Origin: Bacillota bacterium
GTDB taxonomy: Bacteria > Bacillota > Limnochordia > Darwinibacteriales > Darwinibacteriaceae
NCBI GenBank assembly: GCA_012521295.1
Contig: JAAYMS010000103.1
Location: forward strand, 9,942 to 73,941
Length of the DNA stretch: 64,000 nucleotides
Direction of reading: 5' to 3'
Below the pieces are notes generated by a model. That model made no database searches, was not told where the DNA came from, and saw only the letters and a list, made by a program, of their open reading frames with translations. Shown here in pieces: positions 1 to 8,082 of the stretch (position 1 is the stretch's first letter; the number at the start of each line of letters is the position of its first letter). Made by a program: the position numbers and the translations under genes.

Positions 1-2
1 GA

Positions 3-728
3 ATGCTTCACAACAGTTTTCTAGACGCGCTGCTGCCAGGCAAGCCCCTTCAAGAGTATTACCGATACTATCCTCACCAAGAGCAGATGTATCTATCCCA
101 ATTGGTGTCGGTTTGTCAGAAGGCCTTGGCGTCGCTTCCGCGGTATGAATCCTACCTTCCGGCAGCCCTCCGCCTGGGTCAGCACTACTGTGAACTGCAG
201 ATCCGTAAGCACGCAGGACAGCGCAGAGAAGAACTCCTGCTGCAGTGGATCAATGAGTCTTTCCCAGACAACAGGCCGTGGCAGGAGTGGGCTGCAGCCT
301 CTGGCTCTACATTGGGAATCTTTGCCCTATTTGCCCTCGCTAGTATTGATACTCGTGCAGATACAGACAAGTTTTTGCGAGCGTATTTCCCTTATATTCA
401 GGCTCTGCATATTATGCTGGACTATCTCATAGACCAAGAAGAAGATCGAGAACACGGTGACCTGAACTTCACCTTCTATTACACTTCCCAAGCCGAACTG
501 CTAGACGCTCTCAGCCTGCTAGTATGGGAGAGCCGTAAGCGGGCTATGAGCCTTCCCCATCCCGCTTTTCATCGTACTGTCATAGATGGCTTGATTGCTC
601 TGTATGGATCCGATCCTAAAGTGAAGAGCCAACGGCATGGGCCTATCTTCAAAAAGCTGAGCAGAGACTCAAGCGCGGTGTATCTGCTGCCAGCCTGTAG
701 TGCGCTCCGCCGCCTCCGGATCATCTAA
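3..728 (+). CDS. Hypothetical protein, 5' truncated by the window edge; possibly a terpenoid-synthase-like DUF2600/YtpB-type protein
   Basis: ORF continues off the left edge. It is convergent with a polyprenyl synthetase gene. It has an acidic D/E-rich motif DYLIDQEEDREHGD. The family assignment is from memory only. Confidence 0.3.
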   Translation: MLHNSFLDALLPGKPLQEYYRYYPHQEQMYLSQLVSVCQKALASLPRYESYLPAALRLGQHYCELQIRKHAGQRREELLLQWINESFPDNRPWQEWAAASGSTLGIFALFALASIDTRADTDKFLRAYFPYIQALHIMLDYLIDQEEDREHGDLNFTFYYTSQAELLDALSLLVWESRKRAMSLPHPAFHRTVIDGLIALYGSDPKVKSQRHGPIFKKLSRDSSAVYLLPACSALRRLRII

Positions 729-1660
729 GACTGCCTGACTGAAATTGCATTCAGGATCTCCCACAGCACACCTCTAGCCTCGCTTTCGGGGAGTTCGGCC
801 AGAATACACCTGGCTCGGCCCATCTGCGCTTCGGCCATACGCCAAACCTCGTCAAGTATACCGCTCTCGTCGAGCAACTGCTGTATCCTCTGAAACCCTT
901 GGGAGTGCCAGTCATGACCGATCAAGCCTCGCTCATAGGCTAAGATGATCGGAAGAGTCCAAACCTCTAAATGAAAGTCTTTGCCCACTGCCTTGCCAAG
1001 TTTTTCAGTGGAACCACGATAGTCCAAGACATCATCAGTAAGTTGAAAGGCGAGCCCTACCGCTTCGCCAAATTCGCGCAGCCGATCGGCCCAATGGCCG
1101 ACATGGCCAGCCAAGACTGCTCCTACTTCGCAGCAGGCCCCGAGCAAGGCAGCGGTTTTTCGATGAATGTAGGTCCAATACTCCTGTATGGTGCGGCCGG
1201 GTTGGATGAGTTCATCAATTTCGCCGCGGCTCATTTCACCGATGGCCCTACTCATGATGGGAAGTACCAAAGGGCTGCTCTGCGCAAAGAGACTAAAGGC
1301 AAGAGCGAAGAGGTAGTCTCCTGCTAAGACGGCTTCCTTAATACCGAAGACTCGATAGGTGGCAGGCCTTCCTCGGCGCAGTACGCCCTCATCCACGATA
1401 TCGTCATGAATGAGAGACGCTCGATGAATGAGCTCTACACCTGCGGCTGCATTTACAGCACTCTCGAAAAGCGTAGTACCCCACAGGCTGCTGGTAAGAA
1501 TGACTAACTGCGCCCGGAGCATTTTTCCCTGGCTCGAAAAGACATGGTTCATCACCATTCGGGTCGGGCCATCGACACAGATCACTTCTTGTAGACGCCG
1601 CTCCACCTGTTCGACAATCTTGTCCCGCTCAAGTACCGGGCTCAGCACGGCCGACGACAT
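725..1660 (-). CDS. trans-polyprenyl diphosphate synthase (heptaprenyl/geranylgeranyl diphosphate synthase family)
   Basis: Two aspartate-rich motifs, LIHDDIVD (first DDxxD) and QLTDDVLD (second DDxxD). Length is 311 aa. Confidence 0.85.
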   Translation of the reverse strand: MSSAVLSPVLERDKIVEQVERRLQEVICVDGPTRMVMNHVFSSQGKMLRAQLVILTSSLWGTTLFESAVNAAAGVELIHRASLIHDDIVDEGVLRRGRPATYRVFGIKEAVLAGDYLFALAFSLFAQSSPLVLPIMSRAIGEMSRGEIDELIQPGRTIQEYWTYIHRKTAALLGACCEVGAVLAGHVGHWADRLREFGEAVGLAFQLTDDVLDYRGSTEKLGKAVGKDFHLEVWTLPIILAYERGLIGHDWHSQGFQRIQQLLDESGILDEVWRMAEAQMGRARCILAELPESEARGVLWEILNAISVRQS

Positions 1661-1751
1661 AAGAACCCTCCTTGTTTGACCACACTACCAGTAGAGATAG
1701 TATCGTTCAAGCGTGGAGGGTTTATCCAGAAAGAACACTTAACGAATGATG

Positions 1752-3020
1752 TTACTCTTCGTCGTAAATACGTTTTTCGCCTTCGAGGCTCCGCACCCAG
1801 GCTGCATTTTGAGTGACTTCTAGAGTACCGCGGTACTGACCTTCTTTATCGCGCACAGCGAAGTATTGAATTAGAATGAAGTTGCCACCGCGCTGAATCC
1901 AAAAGTCGGCTCTGTCTCTCTTGCCGGTTCTGAAATCATTGATAATCTGGTTTACAACATGCATGCTCTGTGGAGGATGACAGTTCTGCACCTTCCGCCC
2001 AATTACATTCGGTGTCCGTTCAAAGATGCGTTCCTTACCGAGAGAGAAATACCTTACTTCATCGTTCTCATCGACAAATGTAACGTCTATTGGAAGGTGT
2101 GTGAGAAGCAGGTTGATCTGCTCGACCGAAATAGTCCCGACATCCAGGTTGATTAGGCCATCTGCTGTGCCACCTACCTCATCACCTTGACTCTGCATCT
2201 GATAGCGCGCCATTTCGGGATCCTTCAGTTGTTCACCAATTTCCTTCCATTCATCCTCAGTTAAGGTCTCCAAACACATTGGGAAGAGAATGTTCTCTTC
2301 TTTATATACCATTTCGGAAATCTCATGGAGAGTCGGAATCACCTGATCAGCGATAGCACGATTCAGACTAGGATTTGCTGTGTTATCAGCTTCTTGGATT
2401 ATCTTATTGATCTCTTTTACCGCTGCTCTGATTTCGTCATCCACACCCCACATAACTGAAGGCGGCCCGGTAATACCGTTCTTTTCTAGATATGGGAAGA
2501 GAATATTCTCCTTACGAGCATAGTGGGCATCCAAAATACCCAGTTCAGTATGTTTCTTGCGCCACTCTGATAGTTCAGCGCTGATGTCAGTACCAGCAGG
2601 TTTTTCACTGATCCGGCTGACAACGTCCTTGATGCTGTCTACAAGAGCAGTAATCATCTTGTTCTCATCTTTGAACCAAGTCACCGGATGTGTCTCTTCT
2701 GATGCTGTTTCACCTGCTTCACGCTGCTTTTCTAAGCCTTCTCGGAACACTTGGACATGAATGCTGCACAGAGCTTGAACCTCTTCAATTGGCAAACCCT
2801 CATCGATCAAAGCCTGTTCAATCGCGGAAATCTCGGCGGCACCCACCTGGCTGAGCAGTTCGGCAAACCGGCCTTTTACATCTTCAACGTTTGCCCCAGC
2901 ATGGATATCGCGGATGATCTCCTTGAGGATCTCCTGGCGGTGTTTTCGGTTATCAATCAGCTCGCTCACTAAAACGCCTCCTTCAAAGTATAGCAGTTTC
3001 CTCTTATAGCTTGCACCCAC
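1752..3020 (-). CDS. DUF438 / hemerythrin-like / PAS domain protein (putative redox or gas sensor)
   Basis: 422 aa. N-terminal region resembles the DUF438 family. The central region resembles a hemerythrin HHE cation-binding domain. The C-terminal part is PAS-like. Confidence 0.55.
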   Translation of the reverse strand: MGASYKRKLLYFEGGVLVSELIDNRKHRQEILKEIIRDIHAGANVEDVKGRFAELLSQVGAAEISAIEQALIDEGLPIEEVQALCSIHVQVFREGLEKQREAGETASEETHPVTWFKDENKMITALVDSIKDVVSRISEKPAGTDISAELSEWRKKHTELGILDAHYARKENILFPYLEKNGITGPPSVMWGVDDEIRAAVKEINKIIQEADNTANPSLNRAIADQVIPTLHEISEMVYKEENILFPMCLETLTEDEWKEIGEQLKDPEMARYQMQSQGDEVGGTADGLINLDVGTISVEQINLLLTHLPIDVTFVDENDEVRYFSLGKERIFERTPNVIGRKVQNCHPPQSMHVVNQIINDFRTGKRDRADFWIQRGGNFILIQYFAVRDKEGQYRGTLEVTQNAAWVRSLEGEKRIYDEE

Positions 3021-3153
3021 AAGGGAAAATAATCCATTAGTGCGTCACTACGTATTTATTTCTCCGCTTGTCCCTCCTTTCCTTTTTTCGATGCGTAAGT
3101 TTCTTGTTTCCGGGTAATATATTGGTGCAACCAAAATATAGAGGAGGCTGTCT

Positions 3154-3441
3154 ATGTACCAAAATCAGTTCAACCAACAGGGAAACCAGCAGTTCTTTTC
3201 CCAGCCACCTGAAATCCTGTCCACTAAAGATTCTTTATACATCAGTGATGCGTTAAGCTGGGAGCTTCTAGCGGCCAAGAAGGCCCATAAGATGGCTGGA
3301 GAATGCCAAGATCCTCAGATAAGGCAAAAACTCGAACAGCTCGGCACAATGCACCAAAGGCATTACCAGACGCTGCTCAATCATTTCCAGCCACAACAGC
3401 AGTATCAAGCGTCTCAGTCGTACACGCAAAAATACCAGTAA
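3154..3441 (+). CDS. Spore coat protein F (CotF)-domain protein, Q-rich
   Basis: GGAGG RBS 8 nt upstream. Q-rich termini. The central region resembles a coat F domain. It is in tandem with a second CotF-like gene. Confidence 0.55.
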   Translation: MYQNQFNQQGNQQFFSQPPEILSTKDSLYISDALSWELLAAKKAHKMAGECQDPQIRQKLEQLGTMHQRHYQTLLNHFQPQQQYQASQSYTQKYQ

Positions 3442-3459
3442 TCTAAGGGAGGCTCAGCC

Positions 3460-3843
3460 ATGCACTATCAACAGCAGGGTATGTACGGCGGTTATCAAAA
3501 CTACCCCGGTGCTCAAGCAATAACGGTTAAGAATCCATCTGTCCAACAGCCAAAAACTCCGGAAATGAACGACCGTGATCGTCTCAATGATATGCTCCTT
3601 ACAGAGAAATACCTAACTGATGGGCTGAACGTCTTTGTGCGAGAAGCCAGCCATCAGAGTCTTTACCGAGATGTGCTGCAGGTCCTGAATGAAACCCATC
3701 AGGCTGCACGCGAACTGTTCAACTTGATGTTTGCAAAAGGTTGGTACACCTTAGAAGCTGAGGAACCTTCTCATGTCGCTAAGCAACAGCAGAAATTCTC
3801 CAGCTACCAAAGCCAGTTCTCCGGTGGGCCAAACCACTTCTAA
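3460..3843 (+). CDS. Spore coat protein F (CotF)-family protein
   Basis: GGAGG RBS. Coat F domain signature DMLLTEKYLTDGLNVFVREASHQSLYRDVL...ELFNLMFAKGWY. Q-rich ends. Confidence 0.7.
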   Translation: MHYQQQGMYGGYQNYPGAQAITVKNPSVQQPKTPEMNDRDRLNDMLLTEKYLTDGLNVFVREASHQSLYRDVLQVLNETHQAARELFNLMFAKGWYTLEAEEPSHVAKQQQKFSSYQSQFSGGPNHF

Positions 3844-3860
3844 CGAACACCAATAAAAGC

Positions 3861-3913
3861 AAAAAACACAGAGGCAAGTCGCCGAGCGCGACAAACCTCT
3901 GTGCTTCTTTTCT
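3861..3913. terminator. Bidirectional rho-independent terminator between the cotF-like gene (+) and tkt (-)
   Basis: An A-run, then CACAGAGG ... CCTCTGTG (8 bp stem with an inner GTCGC/GCGAC stem), then CTTCTTTTCT. Confidence 0.6.
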
Positions 3914-5903
3914 AGTTAGACTTTATGAAAGCAGCTGCCTCGTCTGCCAAAGCGGCAGCCGTGAAACCAAGGTGTTCTGCAACCTTCTCACCAGGGCCGC
4001 TCATACCGAAACGATCGAGGCCATAGACTGCAATCTTGCCATCGGGTTTGAGACTGTACCATCCACGGGAAACGCCAACTTCAACTACCATAACTGGAAC
4101 GTCATCAGGCAGCACACTGCGGCGGTATTCCGCGTCCTGCGCATAGAAGACTTCGGCACTCGGGATTGATACTACCCGCACACCAATGCCGCGATCTTCT
4201 AGAATGTCAGCTGCTTCGAGAGCCAATGAAACTTCGCTGCCCGTTGCTGCTAAGACCAGCTGCTCACCAGCCTTACCTTGCCGCACAACATATCCACCGC
4301 GGCGGAAATCCCAATCAGCAGGCTTCTCAAAGACAGGCAGGCCTTGTCTGGTGAGAATCAAGCATGTTGGCCCATCAGTCCGCCTGAGGCCTTCTACCCA
4401 AGCCCAAGCAGTCTCTTCTGCATCCGCTGGCCGGTAAACACGCATGTTAGGGATGAGGCGCAAAGATTCAGTGTGCTCAATCGGTTGATGAGTTGGCCCG
4501 TCTTCACCAACATAGATAGAATCGTGGGTCAATACATAGACCACAGGAAGCTTCATCAGTGCAGACAGGCGCATAGCAGGCCGCATGTAGTCACTAAAGA
4601 CCAAGAAGGTGCCGCCAAATACTCTAAAGCCGCCATAGAGGTGGATGCCGTTCATAATGGCCCCCATAGCATGCTCTCTGACTCCGAAGTTGAAGTTACG
4701 CCCAGAAAAATCGCCCGCCTTCACATTTCCCATACCTTCGAGGTAGGTGTTATTCGAAGGGGCCAGGTCCGCAGAGCCACCGACAAGATTCTCCATCTTG
4801 GCAGCAATTGCGTTCAGGACCTTTCCGCTGGCTGCACGTGTAGCTAGCTTGTCACCAGTAGAGAACAGGCTGACCACTTCTTCGATATCTTCCGGAACCT
4901 CTCCATTCAGCCAGCAGTGCCATTTTTCCGCTAACTCGGGATATTCGGCTGACCACTTCGCAAAGAGCTCATTCCACTCGTCTTCGAGGCTTCTGCCTTT
5001 GTCGCGCATGGCAGCCGGCAGATCGTTCAGTTCCTCAGGTACGTAGAACTGCTCATCTTCAGGCAGACCTATTGCCCGCTTGAGTCCTCTAATCTCCTCT
5101 TCTCCAAGGGGAGCACCGTGGGAGGCCGCTGTTCCGGCCTTGGTAGGTGCCCATTTGGCAATGGTGGTCTTTGCTACGATTAGGCTGGGTTTGTCTTCCA
5201 CTGCCTTAGCTTCAGCAATTGCTGCTCTTATTTGCTCGATATCGTGACCGTCAATTTCTTGAATGTGCCAACCATAAGCCGCATAGCGATCCTTGACAGA
5301 CTCAGTGAAGGCCAAATCGGTAGAGCCTTCAATAGTAATGCGGTTTGAGTCATAAATCACAATCAATTTGCCCAATTTAAGGTGCCCAGCCAAGGACGAA
5401 GCCTCAGCGCTCACACCTTCCATAAAGCAACCGTCACCAGCTAATACATAGGTATAATTGTCCACAATCGGATAACCGGGGCGGTTGAAGCGCGCCGCAG
5501 CCATCTGCTCACCAATTGCCATTCCGACAGCATTGGCAATCCCTTGCCCAAGCGGGCCGGTGGTGGTTTCTACACCATCAGTATCACCATACTCGGGATG
5601 ACCAGGTGTATTAGAACCCAGCTGTCTGAAATTACGCAGGTCGTCTAAGGAAACATCGTAGCCGCTCAGGTGAAGCAGAGAATACAGCAGCATAGAACCG
5701 TGCCCACCAGAGAGTACAAACCGGTCTCTTCGAGGCCACTTACTGTTGGCAGGACTGTGGTTCATGGCATCAAAAAACAACACGCTGCCGATTTCGGCAC
5801 ATCCAAGAGGTAGTCCCGGATGACCTGACTTAGCTTTCTCCACTCCGTCGGCCGCAAGACCTCTGATTACATGGGCAATACGCTGAAGATCAAATCTGCT
5901 CAT
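3912..5903 (-). CDS. tkt: Transketolase
   Basis: 663 aa. N-terminal thiamine-diphosphate motif SGHPGLPLG. Typical length and domain order. Confidence 0.95.
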   Translation of the reverse strand: MSRFDLQRIAHVIRGLAADGVEKAKSGHPGLPLGCAEIGSVLFFDAMNHSPANSKWPRRDRFVLSGGHGSMLLYSLLHLSGYDVSLDDLRNFRQLGSNTPGHPEYGDTDGVETTTGPLGQGIANAVGMAIGEQMAAARFNRPGYPIVDNYTYVLAGDGCFMEGVSAEASSLAGHLKLGKLIVIYDSNRITIEGSTDLAFTESVKDRYAAYGWHIQEIDGHDIEQIRAAIAEAKAVEDKPSLIVAKTTIAKWAPTKAGTAASHGAPLGEEEIRGLKRAIGLPEDEQFYVPEELNDLPAAMRDKGRSLEDEWNELFAKWSAEYPELAEKWHCWLNGEVPEDIEEVVSLFSTGDKLATRAASGKVLNAIAAKMENLVGGSADLAPSNNTYLEGMGNVKAGDFSGRNFNFGVREHAMGAIMNGIHLYGGFRVFGGTFLVFSDYMRPAMRLSALMKLPVVYVLTHDSIYVGEDGPTHQPIEHTESLRLIPNMRVYRPADAEETAWAWVEGLRRTDGPTCLILTRQGLPVFEKPADWDFRRGGYVVRQGKAGEQLVLAATGSEVSLALEAADILEDRGIGVRVVSIPSAEVFYAQDAEYRRSVLPDDVPVMVVEVGVSRGWYSLKPDGKIAVYGLDRFGMSGPGEKVAEHLGFTAAALADEAAAFIKSN

Positions 5904-5964
5904 TCGGTTAGGCTGCCATACTTATGTAAGGCGAAGAGTGGCAGCCTCTTCACCTCCCTCTAAG

Positions 5965-6561
5965 TTAATCCCGGTATACCTTTACCAGGTCGCCATTGGC
6001 AAGACCGGCCGCATTCGCCTCGTCTGTGTCAATGTGCATATCCAAGACGAAGTCATGGCGCACCCGGATAAGCACGTTGCGGAATACCACACCACGGACA
6101 CCATCCACAACAACCGATACGATATCTTTGTCCTTTACACTGAAGCGCTCAGCGGTGGCTTCATCCATATGGATATGCCGATGAGCGATAATCGCTCCCT
6201 CTTCGAGCTCGATGCTGCCTTTGGGCCCCGTGATTTTAATCGGTGCTGAGCCTTCGAGTGCTCCCGAGTCCCGCACAGGCGGATTGATACCCAGTTTAAA
6301 CGCATCAGTCCGAGAAACCTCAACCTGCGTCTGACTGCGAGTGGGCCCTAAAATACGTACGTTAGCGATTGAACCTTTTGGCCCCTCAATAGTAACTGTC
6401 TCTTCCGCAGCGTATTGCCCCGTCTGAGACAGTTCTTTCTTAACGGTCAGTTGATAGCCTGGACCGAATAAAACCTCTAAGTGCTCTGGTGATACATGTA
6501 CATGGCGATTAGAAATCCCTACAGGGACTTCGCCGAGAAATTCCTTCAGCAACTGATCCAC
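5965..6561 (-). CDS. pduL: Phosphate propanoyl/acetyl-transferase, PduL-type phosphotransacylase
   Basis: 198 aa. Two repeated PduL-type halves. N-terminal VPVGISNRHVHVS motif. The second copy contains HRHIHM. Confidence 0.75.
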   Translation of the reverse strand: MDQLLKEFLGEVPVGISNRHVHVSPEHLEVLFGPGYQLTVKKELSQTGQYAAEETVTIEGPKGSIANVRILGPTRSQTQVEVSRTDAFKLGINPPVRDSGALEGSAPIKITGPKGSIELEEGAIIAHRHIHMDEATAERFSVKDKDIVSVVVDGVRGVVFRNVLIRVRHDFVLDMHIDTDEANAAGLANGDLVKVYRD

Positions 6562-6688
6562 TCCTTTTCAAATACAATCCAGTCTAATTACTTTGACAGA
6601 TGGGGTTAAACTCCTTCAAGGACGGCGGTTCGAAATCCAATTAGTACCTTTAGCTTGTCCAATCTGCTACTTTTTTGGCCTAGAAGTG

Positions 6689-6717
6689 TTGACCAAGCTG
6701 TGGGAATATGGTAACAT
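6689..6717 (+). promoter_or_regulatory. Sigma-A-type promoter for tRNA-Trp: TTGACC, 17 nt spacer, TAACAT
   Basis: -35 TTGACC at 6689-6694. -10 TAACAT at 6712-6717. The tRNA starts 13 nt downstream. Confidence 0.45.
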
Positions 6718-6729
6718 ATGAAGTGTCGC

Positions 6730-6805
6730 AGGGGAGTAGCTCAATTGGTAGAGCATCGGTCTCCAAAACCGAGGGCTGCGGGTTCGAGTCCTGTCTCCCC
6801 TGCCA
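6730..6805 (+). tRNA. trnW: tRNA-Trp (anticodon CCA)
   Basis: Acceptor stem AGGGGAG/CTCCCCT. D-arm AGCTCAATTGGTAGAGC. Anticodon loop CTCCAAA. T-arm GGTTCGAGTCC. 3' CCA is encoded. Confidence 0.85.
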
Positions 6806-6821
6806 TTTTTGTTTGCATCAC

Positions 6822-6857
6822 AAAGCGCCGTTTCGAAAGAAATGGTGCTTTTTTGTG
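6822..6857 (+). terminator. Rho-independent terminator after tRNA-Trp
   Basis: AAGCGCC ... GGTGCTT stem with an inner TTTC/GAAA stem, followed by TTTTTGTGT. Confidence 0.45.
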
Positions 6858-6859
6858 TA

Positions 6860-7444
6860 TCATCTTCCCTTCCGCTTTCGTGCATACTGCGAGCACCTTT
6901 TCTCAGAACAAAGCACATAGTAGCCGTCGACTTCGTGAACCCGTACTCCCCCAAAAACGGATATCAGCTTATTCTGGTACCAGACATTCCGCTTGACGAC
7001 CATGTACATCTTACCGCCCAGCACCAATCGATTGAATCCCTTTTCTATAAAGTGCTTAGCCACGGAAAAGTCCGTGTGGTACGGTGGATTACATAGTATT
7101 TTCGTGAAGCCCGTTTCGGATAAGTCACGAAAACCATCACTTTGGCGTATTACAACGTCTGGTACCCCGTTCAGCACGGAGTTCTTGGATGCCAAGTGGA
7201 TAGCTAACGGATCAATATCTACCATTACCACATTTGCTGCACCGATAACACTCGCCGCGACGATACCAACTACACCATAGCCACAGCCTAAGTCCAACAC
7301 CCTGTCGTCTGCTTCGAAGTCGACCACAGAGAGCATGGCCTGGGTCCCTTTATCGATTTTTGCAGGCGAAAACACGCCTTCTTGAGTCTGGAGCCTAAGA
7401 TGAACGCCTTTTACCACTGCTTCAATGAGATAGTCCACAGCCAT
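6860..7444 (-). CDS. Class I SAM-dependent methyltransferase, RsmC/RlmG-like rRNA (guanine-N2) methyltransferase family
   Basis: Motif I VLDLGCGYGVVG. Motif IV NPPYH. The most plausible start is ATG at 7444 (MAVDYL...). The longer ORF up to 7720 has a non-protein-like N-terminus. Confidence 0.7.
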   Translation of the reverse strand: MAVDYLIEAVVKGVHLRLQTQEGVFSPAKIDKGTQAMLSVVDFEADDRVLDLGCGYGVVGIVAASVIGAANVVMVDIDPLAIHLASKNSVLNGVPDVVIRQSDGFRDLSETGFTKILCNPPYHTDFSVAKHFIEKGFNRLVLGGKMYMVVKRNVWYQNKLISVFGGVRVHEVDGYYVLCSEKRCSQYARKRKGR

Positions 7445-7605
7445 CCCTCCAACATTATCAACAATGGCCGAGTCTTGAGATAGCCCACTCTTGCCTTGAT
7501 CTGCAGTCACAGAATAATTGGACAGCTGTGAACTATTTCCTTTTCTTAGGCTGGCAAAGGCGCGACAAAGGCACCAACGGTGCCTTGAGGCAATTGGTTC
7601 CCTGC

Positions 7606-8010
7606 CTACTTCTGTAATTCCCCTATTATCCCTCCGACCATCCCTAGAAAGGCCACGAGTAGAATAGTGCGGAACCACAACCAGGGTGTTGCTTCTCCAG
7701 CGGGCCCACCGGTCAGCCATGCAAGTAGTATAAAGCCAACGAGAGCGCTAAGAATACCGTTCAGCCAGGAGCGGCTGGCGCATTTTCTCCCAGCCAAGTA
7801 TCCTCCACCCGCCATACACACGAACACCAATGTCCTGAGAAGCCTGACGCTTGGTACCATGCCCGCGGTGATTCCAAATGCGGTTAGCAACGCTGAGCAG
7901 AGAATGAGGAGTACTGCCGTCATAATGAGACCGGATAGTACCGCACGAGCATCGATTGGTACGCCTCCCAACCCGCCATTTGTCCGATTAGCTGTCCGCA
8001 CGAGAACCAC
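7606..8010 (-). CDS. Small multi-pass membrane protein (possibly TIGR04086-like)
   Basis: 134 aa with 3-4 hydrophobic helices. No other motifs found. Confidence 0.4.
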   Translation of the reverse strand: MVLVRTANRTNGGLGGVPIDARAVLSGLIMTAVLLILCSALLTAFGITAGMVPSVRLLRTLVFVCMAGGGYLAGRKCASRSWLNGILSALVGFILLAWLTGGPAGEATPWLWFRTILLVAFLGMVGGIIGELQK

Positions 8011-8032
8011 CCCCTAGAAAACCATATGTCTT

Positions 8033-8068
8033 GGCAAAAAAAATATGCAGCCTCGAAAGGCTGCATAT
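8033..8068 (-). terminator. Rho-independent terminator downstream of the EF-G paralog
   Basis: Stem ATATGCAGCC/GGCTGCATAT (10 bp), loop TCGAAA, followed on the - strand by TTTTTTTT. Confidence 0.7.
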
Positions 8069-8082
8069 GAGCTAATCTAAGG

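Noticed and set aside
4278-4847. 189 aa plus-strand ORF inside tkt
   Set aside because: It is antisense to transketolase. No RBS or motifs.
5904-5945. GGCTGCCA...TGGCAGCC hairpin between pduL and tkt, considered as a terminator
   Set aside because: There is no T-tract after it in either orientation. It is reported instead as a possible processing or regulatory structure.
6612-6650. GGTTCGAAATCC sequence resembling a tRNA T-arm upstream of tRNA-Trp, considered as a tRNA remnant or integration scar
   Set aside because: Flanking bases do not form T-stem, acceptor or anticodon arms on either strand. Probably a chance match within the pduL promoter region.
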